From NCBI GenBank assembly GCA_963815455.1, contig CAWFGO010000001.1, positions 256,001 to 320,000 on the forward strand: a stretch of DNA of 64,000 bases, given 5' to 3'. The notes below the pieces were generated by a model, which saw nothing but the letters and a program-made list of their open reading frames with translations, had not been told where the DNA came from and did not search any database. This document shows, piece by piece, positions 11,420 through 21,133 of the stretch (position 1 is the first letter of the stretch; the number at the start of each line of letters is the position of its first letter). A program made the position numbers and the translations under genes. The DNA comes from an uncultured Verrucomicrobiae bacterium. Its GTDB lineage: Bacteria; Verrucomicrobiota; Verrucomicrobiia; Chthoniobacterales; UBA10450.

Positions 11420-13402
11420 TCAGACTTGCGTCTTCCCGCGAAGCCGCGCGGCCACCAGATTTTCCGCGCCGCCGGCGACGATCAATTCCTGCGCGGCGGG
11501 ACTGAGCGCCGGAAAAGCGAATGACTTTCCGTCAATGCTCAACGTGGATTTGCCGTAATCGATCGTGATCTCCGGCGCGACTGTTGTGGCCTGGCGATCT
11601 TTGAGCGTTTTGCGCAAGTGCGTGACCAATTCAGGGCACTCGAACACGACAAATCCGTTATTGAAAGCGTTGCGCTTGTAGGTCTCGGAAAAACTTGCAG
11701 CGATGACGCAGGGAATTCCCTTGAACTTCAAGGCCGTGGCCGCCTGCTCGCGGCTTGAGCCGGTCCCGAAATTCAATCCGCCGACCACGACGTCGCCGTT
11801 TTGGTAAAGCGGGTTGAAATTTGGGTCGTAATTCTCGAATGTCACCGCCGCCATTTCTGCCGGCGTGATGTCGTCGCGATAAGTATGTTTGCCGGCGAAG
11901 ATCCCGTCCGTGTTCAAGTTGTCCTTGTCGATGAAGAGGACGCGTCCGCGGACGCTGGGCGGGAAACCATCAATGATTTCGACCGAAACGTCCGATTGCG
12001 GTTTGGGTTTGGCACGCCGTAGGGCAATGCCCGCCGTGCGATCGGAAAACGTTTGTGGCGCGCAAATGAATCCGGCCAGCGCGCTGGCTGCGACCACCGC
12101 CGGCGAACCGAGATAAACTTTGGCATCGGGATCGCCCATCCGGCCCTTGAAATTCCGATTGGTGGCGCTGATCGCGGTTTCGCCTTTGCCGACCAGTCCC
12201 CTTCCCAGGCCGATACATGTTCCACAACCGGGAGGCAACGGAATGGCGCCGGCATCCAGCAAAGTTTTCCAATCGCCATTCGATTCGGATTTCGCCTGCA
12301 CTTCGGCGCTGGCCGGCGCGAGATAAAACTCGACCCCTTCTGCAACCCGGCCACCCTTGCCCCGCACCACTTCCGCCGCATCATGCAGGTCCTCGAACCG
12401 CGCGTTCACGCACGACAACAGATACGCCTTTTGAATCGGAACATGTTTCCGTTCCATTTCCGGCAGCGACACCATCGTCTTTACTTCGTTAGGCCCGGAG
12501 ACATGCGGAACCACGGTGGCCAGATCCAGATCGAGCTCAATCGCGTAGTCCGCATCGGCATCCGCGCTGAGGTCGCGGCGGTTCTTCCACCAGTCGTCGA
12601 TGTCGATGTTGCTGTAGCCCGAACGACTCTTGGGACCACGCGTGCCAGGCCGCCCCGGATCTGTGAATACGCCAACCCGGGATCGCAAATAGTTTACCGT
12701 GACTTCATCAAAAGGAAACACACCCGCGAGTGCGCCCCACTCCGTCGTCATGTTAGCAATGGTCAGTCGCTCGGACATTGTGAGATTCGCCACTCCGTCT
12801 CCCAGAAATTCGACGGCGTGATTAAGCACCTCGTCCTTATTGAAGAGGCCGCACAATGCGATAATGACATCCTTGCCGGTGACGCCAGTCGAAAGATTTC
12901 CCTTTAACAGGACCTTGGCCACTTTCGGGACCTGCCACCAAGTCACACCCGTCGCCCAAATACTTGCGGCATCGGTCCGCACCACCGGCGTGCCCAGGGC
13001 GCCGGCCGCACCATATAAGTTAGAGTGCGAATCGCTGCCCACTACCAGCGCGCCCGGAACCACATATCCCTGCTCGACCATTACCTGGTGCGAAATACCG
13101 GTGCCGGCCGGGTAAAAATCGATCCCATGCTCTTTCGCAAACGCTTCGATCTTGGCGTACTTCTCCAGATTCTTAGGCGTAACGTTCTGGATGTCGTGAT
13201 CGATCGCGAAGACAGGCTGAGCCGGATCGGCGATTTTCGTCGCCCCGATCTGCTTGAACTTCGGAATTACCGCGCCGGTATTGTCGTGCGTCATCACATG
13301 ACGCGGCCGAATCGAAACAAAATCACCGGCGCGAACCACGCCTCCGGCAGCGAGCCCATCGGCATGTCGCGCGACAATTTTTTCAACCAGCGTCAATCCC
13401 AT
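11420..13402 (-). CDS. Homoaconitase-like aconitase-family hydratase (large and swivel domains fused)
   Basis: Motifs 'MTHDNT' and 'DSHSN', [4Fe-4S] cysteines in 'SCVNAR' and 'PGCGTCIG', 'TNRNFKGRMG', swivel 'NFGTGSSREQA'. Single-chain architecture like fungal Lys4/LysF. Confidence 0.88.
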   Translation of the reverse strand: MGLTLVEKIVARHADGLAAGGVVRAGDFVSIRPRHVMTHDNTGAVIPKFKQIGATKIADPAQPVFAIDHDIQNVTPKNLEKYAKIEAFAKEHGIDFYPAGTGISHQVMVEQGYVVPGALVVGSDSHSNLYGAAGALGTPVVRTDAASIWATGVTWWQVPKVAKVLLKGNLSTGVTGKDVIIALCGLFNKDEVLNHAVEFLGDGVANLTMSERLTIANMTTEWGALAGVFPFDEVTVNYLRSRVGVFTDPGRPGTRGPKSRSGYSNIDIDDWWKNRRDLSADADADYAIELDLDLATVVPHVSGPNEVKTMVSLPEMERKHVPIQKAYLLSCVNARFEDLHDAAEVVRGKGGRVAEGVEFYLAPASAEVQAKSESNGDWKTLLDAGAIPLPPGCGTCIGLGRGLVGKGETAISATNRNFKGRMGDPDAKVYLGSPAVVAASALAGFICAPQTFSDRTAGIALRRAKPKPQSDVSVEIIDGFPPSVRGRVLFIDKDNLNTDGIFAGKHTYRDDITPAEMAAVTFENYDPNFNPLYQNGDVVVGGLNFGTGSSREQAATALKFKGIPCVIAASFSETYKRNAFNNGFVVFECPELVTHLRKTLKDRQATTVAPEITIDYGKSTLSIDGKSFAFPALSPAAQELIVAGGAENLVAARLRGKTQV

Positions 13403-13487
13403 ATTTAAGAGTTAAGTTACCCACGAAACACACGAATCACTCTAAGAAAATCGAAAACCAAATTTTCGTCAATTTCGTGGGCACCAA

Positions 13488-14087
13488 TTATTTCTTGGCG
13501 GCTCGTTTGCCAAGAACCTTGGCGATATCGAAGTCGACAAAATCGGCGTGATGAAAAATAATCGACTCGATCGAACGCTCGACCTTGTCACCTTCATGAC
13601 TGTGCGTAGCGATCATGTGCATCACTTCCGCTGGAATCCCATGTTTATAAGCGAGGGCGACCCCGCTGAATGGATGCCTCAGTTGCTGACCAAATTTTCC
13701 CTGAACCACTTTTCCTGACCCGTCCTTATCGTATTCCAGCGGCTTGCCGACATCGGCCAGGAGCGCGCCGGCAATGAGGTGGTCGCGATTCACCGGGATA
13801 TCGCAACGAAATGCACTATCCAGGACATCGGCAATGGCGATACATTGCAGCGCGCACGAATTGAGATGCTCGACGAATTTCATATCGATGTCGCCGGCCA
13901 GAAGCGTGAACTTCACCGCGCGCAGTTCGTCGAAGGTCCAGCCTTTCCCGCCACAGCCGGTGGTAATCGCTTCGTTCCAAACCGCCGCCACTTTTTCCCG
14001 CAGCGATTTGTCACTGATCTTTAGCAGGCTCGGGAAGAGCTCTGCGATTTCATTAACGCCGTAACTTTTTTGTCGAGTCGTTGTCAT
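13488..14087 (-). CDS. HD-domain-like protein (HD motif reads AD)
   Basis: 'EHLN...GALLADVGK...LRHPFSG...IATHSHEG...HHADFVD'. Confidence 0.8.
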   Translation of the reverse strand: MTTTRQKSYGVNEIAELFPSLLKISDKSLREKVAAVWNEAITTGCGGKGWTFDELRAVKFTLLAGDIDMKFVEHLNSCALQCIAIADVLDSAFRCDIPVNRDHLIAGALLADVGKPLEYDKDGSGKVVQGKFGQQLRHPFSGVALAYKHGIPAEVMHMIATHSHEGDKVERSIESIIFHHADFVDFDIAKVLGKRAAKK

Positions 14088-14114
14088 AATGATTGTCGAC
14101 CTAGCTCATGTTGA

Positions 14115-14225
14115 AGGTGGAACGCGATCTCCGAGCGCGTTGCCAAACAAAATCGCGGAGCGATCAAATTTGAGCCGCTAAGCGGCTTGAATTTTAACAT
14201 CGAGCTCGGAGAGCTCGATCCACCT
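14115..14225. repeat. Palindromic element, AGGTGGA...TCCACCT family
   Basis: Inverted ends with internal hairpins. Related copy at 22425-22547. Confidence 0.7.
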
Positions 14226-14232
14226 CGCGTTC

Positions 14233-14520
14233 TCATCGTCCGGGGCCTTTCAGCCGATATTTTTGGGGTTTTGAAGAAGTTCTTTCTATTAATTTCCTGG
14301 CTTCCAAATCGAGTTTAACTGTTTCGGCGTACCAACTGATGCTCCCGGAAAATCTGCCTTTCAATGTTTTGTTGATCTGCTTGAACAAATCGGTGTGAGT
14401 GAGTTCCTTGCCTCGCAAGGTAGACAGAATCGCTTTCTTGAGCGTTTCGTACTTTTGCTTGTCGATATTTTTCCCGCTCTTACCCAGCGGATGTTTTGTA
14501 AGTATTTTTTCTTCTTTCAT
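14233..14520 (-). CDS. Small basic hypothetical protein, possibly winged-helix-like
   Basis: 95 aa with 'THTDL...FSGSISWYAETVKLDLEARKLIER'. Lower GC than its neighbours. Confidence 0.7.
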   Translation of the reverse strand: MKEEKILTKHPLGKSGKNIDKQKYETLKKAILSTLRGKELTHTDLFKQINKTLKGRFSGSISWYAETVKLDLEARKLIERTSSKPQKYRLKGPGR

Positions 14521-14522
14521 TC

Positions 14523-16316
14523 TTATTCGTCTTTTTCCTTGGGACTCGCCACGGCGGAGCCCGTCCGGGGCAGAGGCGGGTTTGGAGTTTGGGATTTGGA
14601 ACTTCCGCCAGAGACGCCTCGTGGCGGCGGCCCGTCATAGCCGTGCTTCACGGGATCGATACGACGCATCGGTTTCTCACGGGTCTGCTCCTCGATGACA
14701 TGCGCCACTAGGCCGGGCGTACGCGCGATCATAAAAATGCCGTTGAACGCCGCGGGGTTCATTCCCAGGTCGGCCAGGATCGCGCCGATGGCGCCGTCCA
14801 CATTGATCGGGAGCGGTTTCTTGGCGTCGGCGAACGATTTTTCAACGGCACGCGCCGCTTTCATATGGATTCCGTCGACACCGGCTTCGCGGGCCAGTTC
14901 AAACAACCGCGCCGTGCGCGGGTCTTTGGTATGCAGGCGATGACCAAATCCCGGCATCCGCTCGCCTGCTTCTTTCATGGCCGCGAGGGTGCGCGTAGCA
15001 ACTTCATCCATCGAAATGGATTCGCTCGCAGCGCGGTCCGCGATCTTCTTCAATTGCCGGGCGCAATCTTCAATCGCGCCGCCGTGGTGACGATTGATCG
15101 ACATGATCCCGGCGGCCACGGACGCGCTTAACGACGCGCCGGTGGATGCAACGGTCCGGGCCGCCAATGCGCTGGGAGGCGTAGCGCCGTGATCGATGGA
15201 CGACACCAGTACTGCGTCCATCAAACGCCCGATCGCCTCCGACGGCAATTCGCCGGTCAAAATCAAATAGACCGCCGCGCCGAAAGAAATGCGTCCCATC
15301 AATTCGGCGATATCGTATCCGCGCACGGCGACCCGGTTGGGCTCGATGCGCGTGATGGCCGTATTCCAAACCGCGTTTTTGTCGGTTTCGCTCATAAGAC
15401 TCTGCCCTTTCATTTTCTTCAAAATTTCGACTACCGCACCTGGCAATTCGCCAAACGCATCGACCACGGTTGCACCGGCTTCACGTAGCGCTTTCACTTT
15501 ACCCGCGTGAGTACCCCGGCCGCCCTCGATGATCGCGCCCGCGTGACTAAAGCGGGTGCCTTCACGGGCCGCTTTCCCGCCGATGTAGGCAATCACCGGC
15601 TTGGTCACTTTTCGATCGCGGATCATCTGCGCCAGTTCTTCTTCCTGTGACGAGCCAATCTCGCCAAAGATCACAATGGCTTCGGTCAGGGGGTCTGCTT
15701 CAAACATCAGCGCCGCATCAGGAATACGAATTCCAAGCACGGCATCGCCGCCGATATGCGCAATGGTTGAAATGCGCACGCCCGCTTGTCCCAAATAATA
15801 TCCAGTGCTCGAAGCCATACCGCCGGAGCGACTGATCACGCCGACGCCTCTCGGAATCCCCGGCTTAAACCATTGCCGTGCACTTTCGGCCCGACCGCCG
15901 ACCATGCCGACCACTCCCCTGCCCGGGCTCAAAACGCCAAGCGTGTTTGGTCCGACGAACATCGCGCCATTGGCCTTGGCTGCAGCGGCGATTTCCATCG
16001 CGTCCCACACTGGGACGCGGTCCGGCACTAGAACGGTAAGTTTAATTCCTGCTTCAATCGCAGAAATGGCGGCGTCTTTCACACCCGCCGCCGGCACAAA
16101 AAGCACGGAGATGTCGATGTTACCCAACGCCTTCACCGCTTCCTGCGGTGTGTTAAACACCGGTACGCCTAGCACGTTCTGCCCGCCTTTACCCGGCGTT
16201 ACACCGGCGACCACATTCGTTCCGTACTCGCGCATCAAACGCGTCCGGGCCTGACCTTCCCGCCCCGTGATGCCTTGCACCAACACCCGCTTGGTCTCGT
16301 CGATCAAAATTGCCAT
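14523..16316 (-). CDS. ATP-citrate-lyase alpha-like subunit: succinyl-CoA-ligase alpha-like domain fused to a citryl-CoA-lyase/citrate-synthase-like domain
   Basis: 'VQGITGREG', 'GPNTLG' and phospho-His motif 'FSHAGA'. C-terminal 'DHGATPPS', 'HHGGAIE', 'GFGHRLHTKDPR' and 'INVDGAIG'. Confidence 0.85.
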   Translation of the reverse strand: MAILIDETKRVLVQGITGREGQARTRLMREYGTNVVAGVTPGKGGQNVLGVPVFNTPQEAVKALGNIDISVLFVPAAGVKDAAISAIEAGIKLTVLVPDRVPVWDAMEIAAAAKANGAMFVGPNTLGVLSPGRGVVGMVGGRAESARQWFKPGIPRGVGVISRSGGMASSTGYYLGQAGVRISTIAHIGGDAVLGIRIPDAALMFEADPLTEAIVIFGEIGSSQEEELAQMIRDRKVTKPVIAYIGGKAAREGTRFSHAGAIIEGGRGTHAGKVKALREAGATVVDAFGELPGAVVEILKKMKGQSLMSETDKNAVWNTAITRIEPNRVAVRGYDIAELMGRISFGAAVYLILTGELPSEAIGRLMDAVLVSSIDHGATPPSALAARTVASTGASLSASVAAGIMSINRHHGGAIEDCARQLKKIADRAASESISMDEVATRTLAAMKEAGERMPGFGHRLHTKDPRTARLFELAREAGVDGIHMKAARAVEKSFADAKKPLPINVDGAIGAILADLGMNPAAFNGIFMIARTPGLVAHVIEEQTREKPMRRIDPVKHGYDGPPPRGVSGGSSKSQTPNPPLPRTGSAVASPKEKDE

Positions 16317-17884
16317 CAGCGCGCTCCTTCCGCTGTTTGACGACCCCGAAGGCTTTCGGGGCCAATCAATTCATCCAAGCCGGGAATATCCAACTCCAAA
16401 TAGAACCCTTCGATATCGCCAAGCCGACACTCGACATCGCACGCCAGCAATTCGGAATCCTTGTTGGCAAATTCTTCGCTCGGCAATGAACCAGCAGGTT
16501 TTCCGTTTCGATCGACAATTAATCCGCCCGAGTTTGTCTCGACCGCGCGTCGAATCTCGGACCACTTCCCTGTGTCGATCCAAACGCGACCGCCTTTCAC
16601 TGGAAACGTCGTGGCCGATTTATCCCTAACGAACTTCGGCACGCGCGGCTTCCTCGGTTTCCATTTGGTGCCGCCCGCGTTTGCCACAAGTTTGGAAAAG
16701 CGATCGGCAATGAAGGCCGGCGTATCGGTTTTTCGATAGCCTTCAACCGGCGCGCGAAGGAGCTTCGACATGCGATCCAAAATTTCCACGGCACGATCTT
16801 CCGCGTTGCCACCCAAGCGAATGACTGCGGGAATATCGAGATCGAGTTCCCAAAACGCTTTGGCCAATCCATAGGCGGACCAATATTGTTCCTGACTGGC
16901 CACGCCCGAACCCGAACCGAAATATCCGATGAGGTCGGGCTGTGCCAGGATAATGCGAGCGGCGCGATACACCTTGGACGCGGACGGATTGCCACTGGTG
17001 TCTGTAAAATTCGCAATGGTGAATCCCGCGTTTACGATCGCGTCCATCGACATCATCGATCCCCCGCCGCCGGCACCATGAAAACCGGCCAGGCCTTTGG
17101 AATCCTTCGGCGCTGCCGTGGCCAACTGCGCGAAATAAAAGGTGCCGCGATGATCGGCTTGTTCGGCGGCATAAGCTACCCGTTCCAGAGAAGTGGGCGG
17201 ATGATCGAACTCGCGCGCAATCTCGATCTTCAGTTCCGGATGTCGCGCCACCGCGTAATCGTCAATCGTAATCCGGCAATCGGCGGCAACGAACTGTCCG
17301 TCCTTGGTCAGCACCAGTGGATTGATTTCCAGCGACCGCGCTTCCACGCTGCGCGCGGCGGCAAAAAGTTTTCGAATCGAATCGGCGAGTTGCTTTGCAA
17401 GCGACTTCGAAAGCCCGCATGAAGCAACGGCTTCCTCCAGCGCCGAATCCGTCGGCCCGTCTTTTGCAGCGCACGGAATTCGACGCGTCGAGGCCGCGCG
17501 CTCTTCGATCCCGCTCCCGCCGCCGGCCGCGAAAATAATCACCGGCGCCCGGGCGGCGTCGTCAATAGCGAAGGAAAGGAAGAATTCGCGGTCGATGTCG
17601 ATCTTCTCTTCCACAAGCACGGCTTCGACCGGGAACTGCCCAACTTTCATCGACAGCATGCGATCTGCGTTCGCGCGGATTTCCTCCGGCTTCTTGGCGA
17701 ATGCCACACCGCCGATTCCCGCGCGACCAGTTGTCCAAGCCTGGATCTTGATCACGACTTCGCCGCCGATTTCCTTCGCAGCCGTTACGGCTTCATTGGC
17801 GCTCGAGGCGGCGCGTCCTCGCGGAATCTGGAATCCGTTAGCAGCAAGAATCGCTTTACCTTGATATTCGTGAAGTCGCGCCAT
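16316..17884 (-). CDS. ATP-grasp CoA-ligase beta-like subunit (succinyl/citryl-CoA synthetase beta-like)
   Basis: 'MARLHEYQGK', 'LEINPLV', 'GAGGGGS' and 'NFTDTSGNP'. Stop overlaps the start of the alpha-like gene. Confidence 0.85.
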   Translation of the reverse strand: MARLHEYQGKAILAANGFQIPRGRAASSANEAVTAAKEIGGEVVIKIQAWTTGRAGIGGVAFAKKPEEIRANADRMLSMKVGQFPVEAVLVEEKIDIDREFFLSFAIDDAARAPVIIFAAGGGSGIEERAASTRRIPCAAKDGPTDSALEEAVASCGLSKSLAKQLADSIRKLFAAARSVEARSLEINPLVLTKDGQFVAADCRITIDDYAVARHPELKIEIAREFDHPPTSLERVAYAAEQADHRGTFYFAQLATAAPKDSKGLAGFHGAGGGGSMMSMDAIVNAGFTIANFTDTSGNPSASKVYRAARIILAQPDLIGYFGSGSGVASQEQYWSAYGLAKAFWELDLDIPAVIRLGGNAEDRAVEILDRMSKLLRAPVEGYRKTDTPAFIADRFSKLVANAGGTKWKPRKPRVPKFVRDKSATTFPVKGGRVWIDTGKWSEIRRAVETNSGGLIVDRNGKPAGSLPSEEFANKDSELLACDVECRLGDIEGFYLELDIPGLDELIGPESLRGRQTAEGAR

Positions 17885-18061
17885 GCCCGGTGCTATTTCC
17901 ATGATCCTGGCGAAATTTCAATTGGCCCGTGCACGCGTCGCGCGGTCCCCGCCCAAACGCTTGGCCAAGCGATGTCGATCCTGTTGATTGAAAATGACAA
18001 ACAGAATAGGTTCGGGGCCACGACACCACAGGGATCAATGCCTGATCCTTAATTGCAAAAT

Positions 18062-18574
18062 ATGAGCCAAATGAACTGGGACGCGATCAGTGCGATCTCG
18101 CAACTGATTGGCTCGATCGCGGTGGTTCTCTCGGTCCTTTATCTCGCCTTTCAGGTGCATCAAAGTACGCGGGTGGCAAAGCTGGCCGCGCAGGACGCCG
18201 CGGCCACATCGCTGCGCGAAGTGACAAGTCCGTTAGCTCAGAATGCCGAACTGGCCCGAGTGTGGCGAAGAGGGCTGGAAGATTTGCAATCGCTGCCGGC
18301 GGAGGAGCAGGCCCGCTTTTTTCACACTTGCTATCAATTTCTCAAGGCGTTCGAGACGATCCATTTCCACCATGTCCATGGCGTGATGGACGAGCAGATC
18401 TGGCAGGGATGGTGCGGTCTTCTCCAGCACTATATCGCTTCTCCGGGAATGGAGTATTACTGGAAACTGCGCCAGGATCTGTTCTCGGCACGGTTTCGGC
18501 AATTTATTCAGCAGCTCGAACGTCCGGCTGAGGTACTCACGGTGGGCAATTTGTTGGGGCTAGAGACTCGCTAG
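18062..18574 (+). CDS. Hypothetical protein with N-terminal membrane helix (paralog of 2200..2664)
   Basis: 'MNWDAISAISQLIGSIAVVLSVLYLAFQVHQST'. Confidence 0.7.
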   Translation: MSQMNWDAISAISQLIGSIAVVLSVLYLAFQVHQSTRVAKLAAQDAAATSLREVTSPLAQNAELARVWRRGLEDLQSLPAEEQARFFHTCYQFLKAFETIHFHHVHGVMDEQIWQGWCGLLQHYIASPGMEYYWKLRQDLFSARFRQFIQQLERPAEVLTVGNLLGLETR

Positions 18575-18580
18575 GCGAAG

Positions 18581-18631
18581 CGGAGGGACATGCTTCCGCA
18601 TGTCCAGGACGCGCGGAAGCGCGTCCCTCCG
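18581..18631. repeat. Palindromic element CGGAGGGAC...GTCCCTCCG
   Basis: Perfect 9-bp inverted ends. Half copies at 30003-30027 and about 41452-41473. Confidence 0.75.
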
Positions 18632-18689
18632 AATTCATGCCAAGCGCTTCCGGATGACAGAGCAAAGAGATCAGCTAAGTTAATTGAGT

Positions 18690-19925
18690 ATGAACGACGT
18701 TTACATTCTCGGCGGCGGGCGGACGGATTTTAAGCGCAATCTGAAAAAGGAAGGCAAAACCATCCGGCACTTGATCACCGAAGCCGGCAAGCTGGCGATC
18801 GATGATTCTAAGATCGATCCGGGCGAAATTCAGGCGGGCGCGGTCGGCAATTTCAATTCAGGTCAATTCACCAAGCAATTGCAGTTGGGCGCATTCATTC
18901 CGGAGATCGATCCGAAATTGCGCGGGATTCCCACGATGCACACGGAAGCGGCCTGCGCGTCGGGTGCGCTCTCGGTCTTGTTGGGCGCGCAATGGATCAT
19001 GGGCGGCATTTACGATGTCGTGCTCGTAGTCGGCGCGGAGCAACAGAAAACCATGTCGTCGCTCGATGGTTCGGATGTTCTGGGCGCCGCGGCCGATTAT
19101 CACAATGAGAAACCCGAATACGGCGATTTCATGTTCCCGAAATTGTTCGGACGGATTGCCCAAATTTACATCGACAAGTATGGCGCGTCTGAGAGCGATC
19201 TCGCGCAGGTAGCGTGGAAAAATTACGCCCATGCGAAACTGAATCCCCTCGCCCAGATGCGCGATGCCGACGTTACAGTCGATTACGCGTCGCAAGTTTC
19301 GGAGAAAAACCCGTGCGTAGCGTCGCCGCTCAAAGTTACCGATTGTTCGCAAATCACCGACGGCTCAGCATCGGTCGTTCTCGTGTCTGGAAGATATCTC
19401 GAGAAGATCGGACGCGATAGGAAGAAAACCGCGCGTCTGCTCGGGTTCGGTCACACGACTGATTACCTCCCGCTCGACAAAAAAGATGCGCCGACGTTTT
19501 CCATCGCGCGCAAGGCAGCTGAGAAAGCGTTCGGCATGGCGAATTTGAAACCACGGGACATTAACGGCGCGGACGTGCACGATTGTTTCTCGATCACTGA
19601 AATTATTGCCTATGAAATTCTCGGCCTGGCCGAGTCGGGCAAGGGCGCGGAGCTGGCCAAGAGTGGCGCGACCACCTTACCCCAGGTGCGCAACGAAAAG
19701 ATGAAGGGCAAGATCGACATCAGCATTCCAGTAAATCCGGGTGGCGGCCTGATCGGCGATGGTCACCCGGTCGGCGCGACCGGTGTGCGCCAGGTTTACG
19801 AAGCGTATCAGCATCTTACCGAACAGGCCGGCGCCCGCCAGATCCCGAATGCAAAGCGTTACCTCACCTTCAACATGGGCGGAAGTCTGACGACTTCCGT
19901 GGCGATGATCTGGGGACGGGAATAG
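18690..19925 (+). CDS. Thiolase (acetyl-CoA acetyltransferase family, SCP2-type)
   Basis: 'EAACASG', 'DCSQITDG', 'VHDCFS' and 'GHPVGATG'. Confidence 0.9.
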   Translation: MNDVYILGGGRTDFKRNLKKEGKTIRHLITEAGKLAIDDSKIDPGEIQAGAVGNFNSGQFTKQLQLGAFIPEIDPKLRGIPTMHTEAACASGALSVLLGAQWIMGGIYDVVLVVGAEQQKTMSSLDGSDVLGAAADYHNEKPEYGDFMFPKLFGRIAQIYIDKYGASESDLAQVAWKNYAHAKLNPLAQMRDADVTVDYASQVSEKNPCVASPLKVTDCSQITDGSASVVLVSGRYLEKIGRDRKKTARLLGFGHTTDYLPLDKKDAPTFSIARKAAEKAFGMANLKPRDINGADVHDCFSITEIIAYEILGLAESGKGAELAKSGATTLPQVRNEKMKGKIDISIPVNPGGGLIGDGHPVGATGVRQVYEAYQHLTEQAGARQIPNAKRYLTFNMGGSLTTSVAMIWGRE

Positions 19926-19979
19926 TGCGAGCCGCACTGGCAGATTGAGCCAGGCGCCAGGACTTGGGCGAGAATTCGC

Positions 19980-20052
19980 TGTAGCCGCCTCGCTCTGTCG
20001 AGGCGTTCTTTGTCGCAGCCGGGATACACGGCGACAGAGCGCCGTGGCTACA
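19980..20052. repeat. REP-like element with TGTAGCC...GGCTACA ends
   Basis: Inverted ends plus two internal GC hairpins. Confidence 0.75.
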
Positions 20053-20148
20053 ACAGCTTGGCTATATGAGAAACTCATCGCACCAGGTAGCTACGTCATT
20101 GCGCTTCGCACAGCGAAGCGGCTACAGTGCCGCTGAGCGCGCCACTAA

Positions 20149-21063
20149 ATGAAGCTGCCATTTCTCTCGCGAAAGAAATCCGCCCCCCGCCGCGAAAACT
20201 TTCTTCTCATCACGATTGATTGCGGCCGTTACGACGCCTACCTCGAAGCGCGTAAGCCGGTGCTGGATAAGATTGGCCGGGCCCGACAAGCTTACACCCA
20301 CGGAACGTTCACGTTCCCGTCGCACGCGGCAATGTTTCAGGGAATGTTGCCGCACGTTTTTTGTGACGAGCCGTTCTATAACCGCGGGATTCGGCAAATG
20401 TGGCGGATGCGGGACAAGCCGGGCAAGAAACCCGCCCTCATCGAGTTTCCGCTCGAAACTGGCAGCATCATCGGCGGTTTTGTCGATGCTGGATATCACG
20501 TGACCGGCACGGCAGCGATGGCGTGGTTTCGAAATCCGAAACCGCTTCGGCAACAGTTCCCAAGGTTCGAGTTCACCGGGATCGATGCCAAACGACAGGT
20601 CGATTACATTCTGCGCGAGTGGAACCGACGCGGCGATAAACCATTCTTCGGCTTCATTAATTTCGGCGAAGCGCACGGACCCTACATTCATGAAGGAATG
20701 CCCGGCGCGGAGGAAGTGAAAGGCAAGACCGGCACGGCCGATTTCCGGCTGCGTCCGCACGTTGGTAAGCGCAAGAGCGAAGATTCGAAGTTCGATGAAG
20801 AACTGTGGCGACGTCAGGCAGAATGCATTTCGTATCTGGACGCGCGCATCGGCGATTTGCTCGACGGGTTCGCAAAAGACCGGCAGGGAATCACCGTCGC
20901 GCTCTGCAGCGATCATGGAGAATGTTTTGGTGAAGAAGGTTTATACGGCCACGGATTCTATCATCCAAAAATCATGGAAGTTCCCCTGCTCATTTTCCGG
21001 ATGCACGAGGACGGAACTTTTACCGACGATCCGAACGAGATCGCGCGTCGGCTCGATACATAG
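20149..21063 (+). CDS. Sulfatase/alkaline-phosphatase superfamily protein
   Basis: 'LITIDCGRYD', 'TFPSHAAMF', 'EAHGPY' and 'SDHGECFGE...GHG'. Confidence 0.8.
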   Translation: MKLPFLSRKKSAPRRENFLLITIDCGRYDAYLEARKPVLDKIGRARQAYTHGTFTFPSHAAMFQGMLPHVFCDEPFYNRGIRQMWRMRDKPGKKPALIEFPLETGSIIGGFVDAGYHVTGTAAMAWFRNPKPLRQQFPRFEFTGIDAKRQVDYILREWNRRGDKPFFGFINFGEAHGPYIHEGMPGAEEVKGKTGTADFRLRPHVGKRKSEDSKFDEELWRRQAECISYLDARIGDLLDGFAKDRQGITVALCSDHGECFGEEGLYGHGFYHPKIMEVPLLIFRMHEDGTFTDDPNEIARRLDT

Positions 21064-21076
21064 CCCGGCCAAGGAC

Positions 21077-21133
21077 AGGTAGGGGCGGTTCACCGAACCG
21101 CCCGCGGGCGATTGGGGTGAATCGCCCCTACCT
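21077..21133. repeat. REP-like element AGGTAGGGGCG...CGCCCCTACCT
   Basis: Perfect 11-bp inverted ends, two internal hairpins, located just after a stop codon. Confidence 0.8.
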
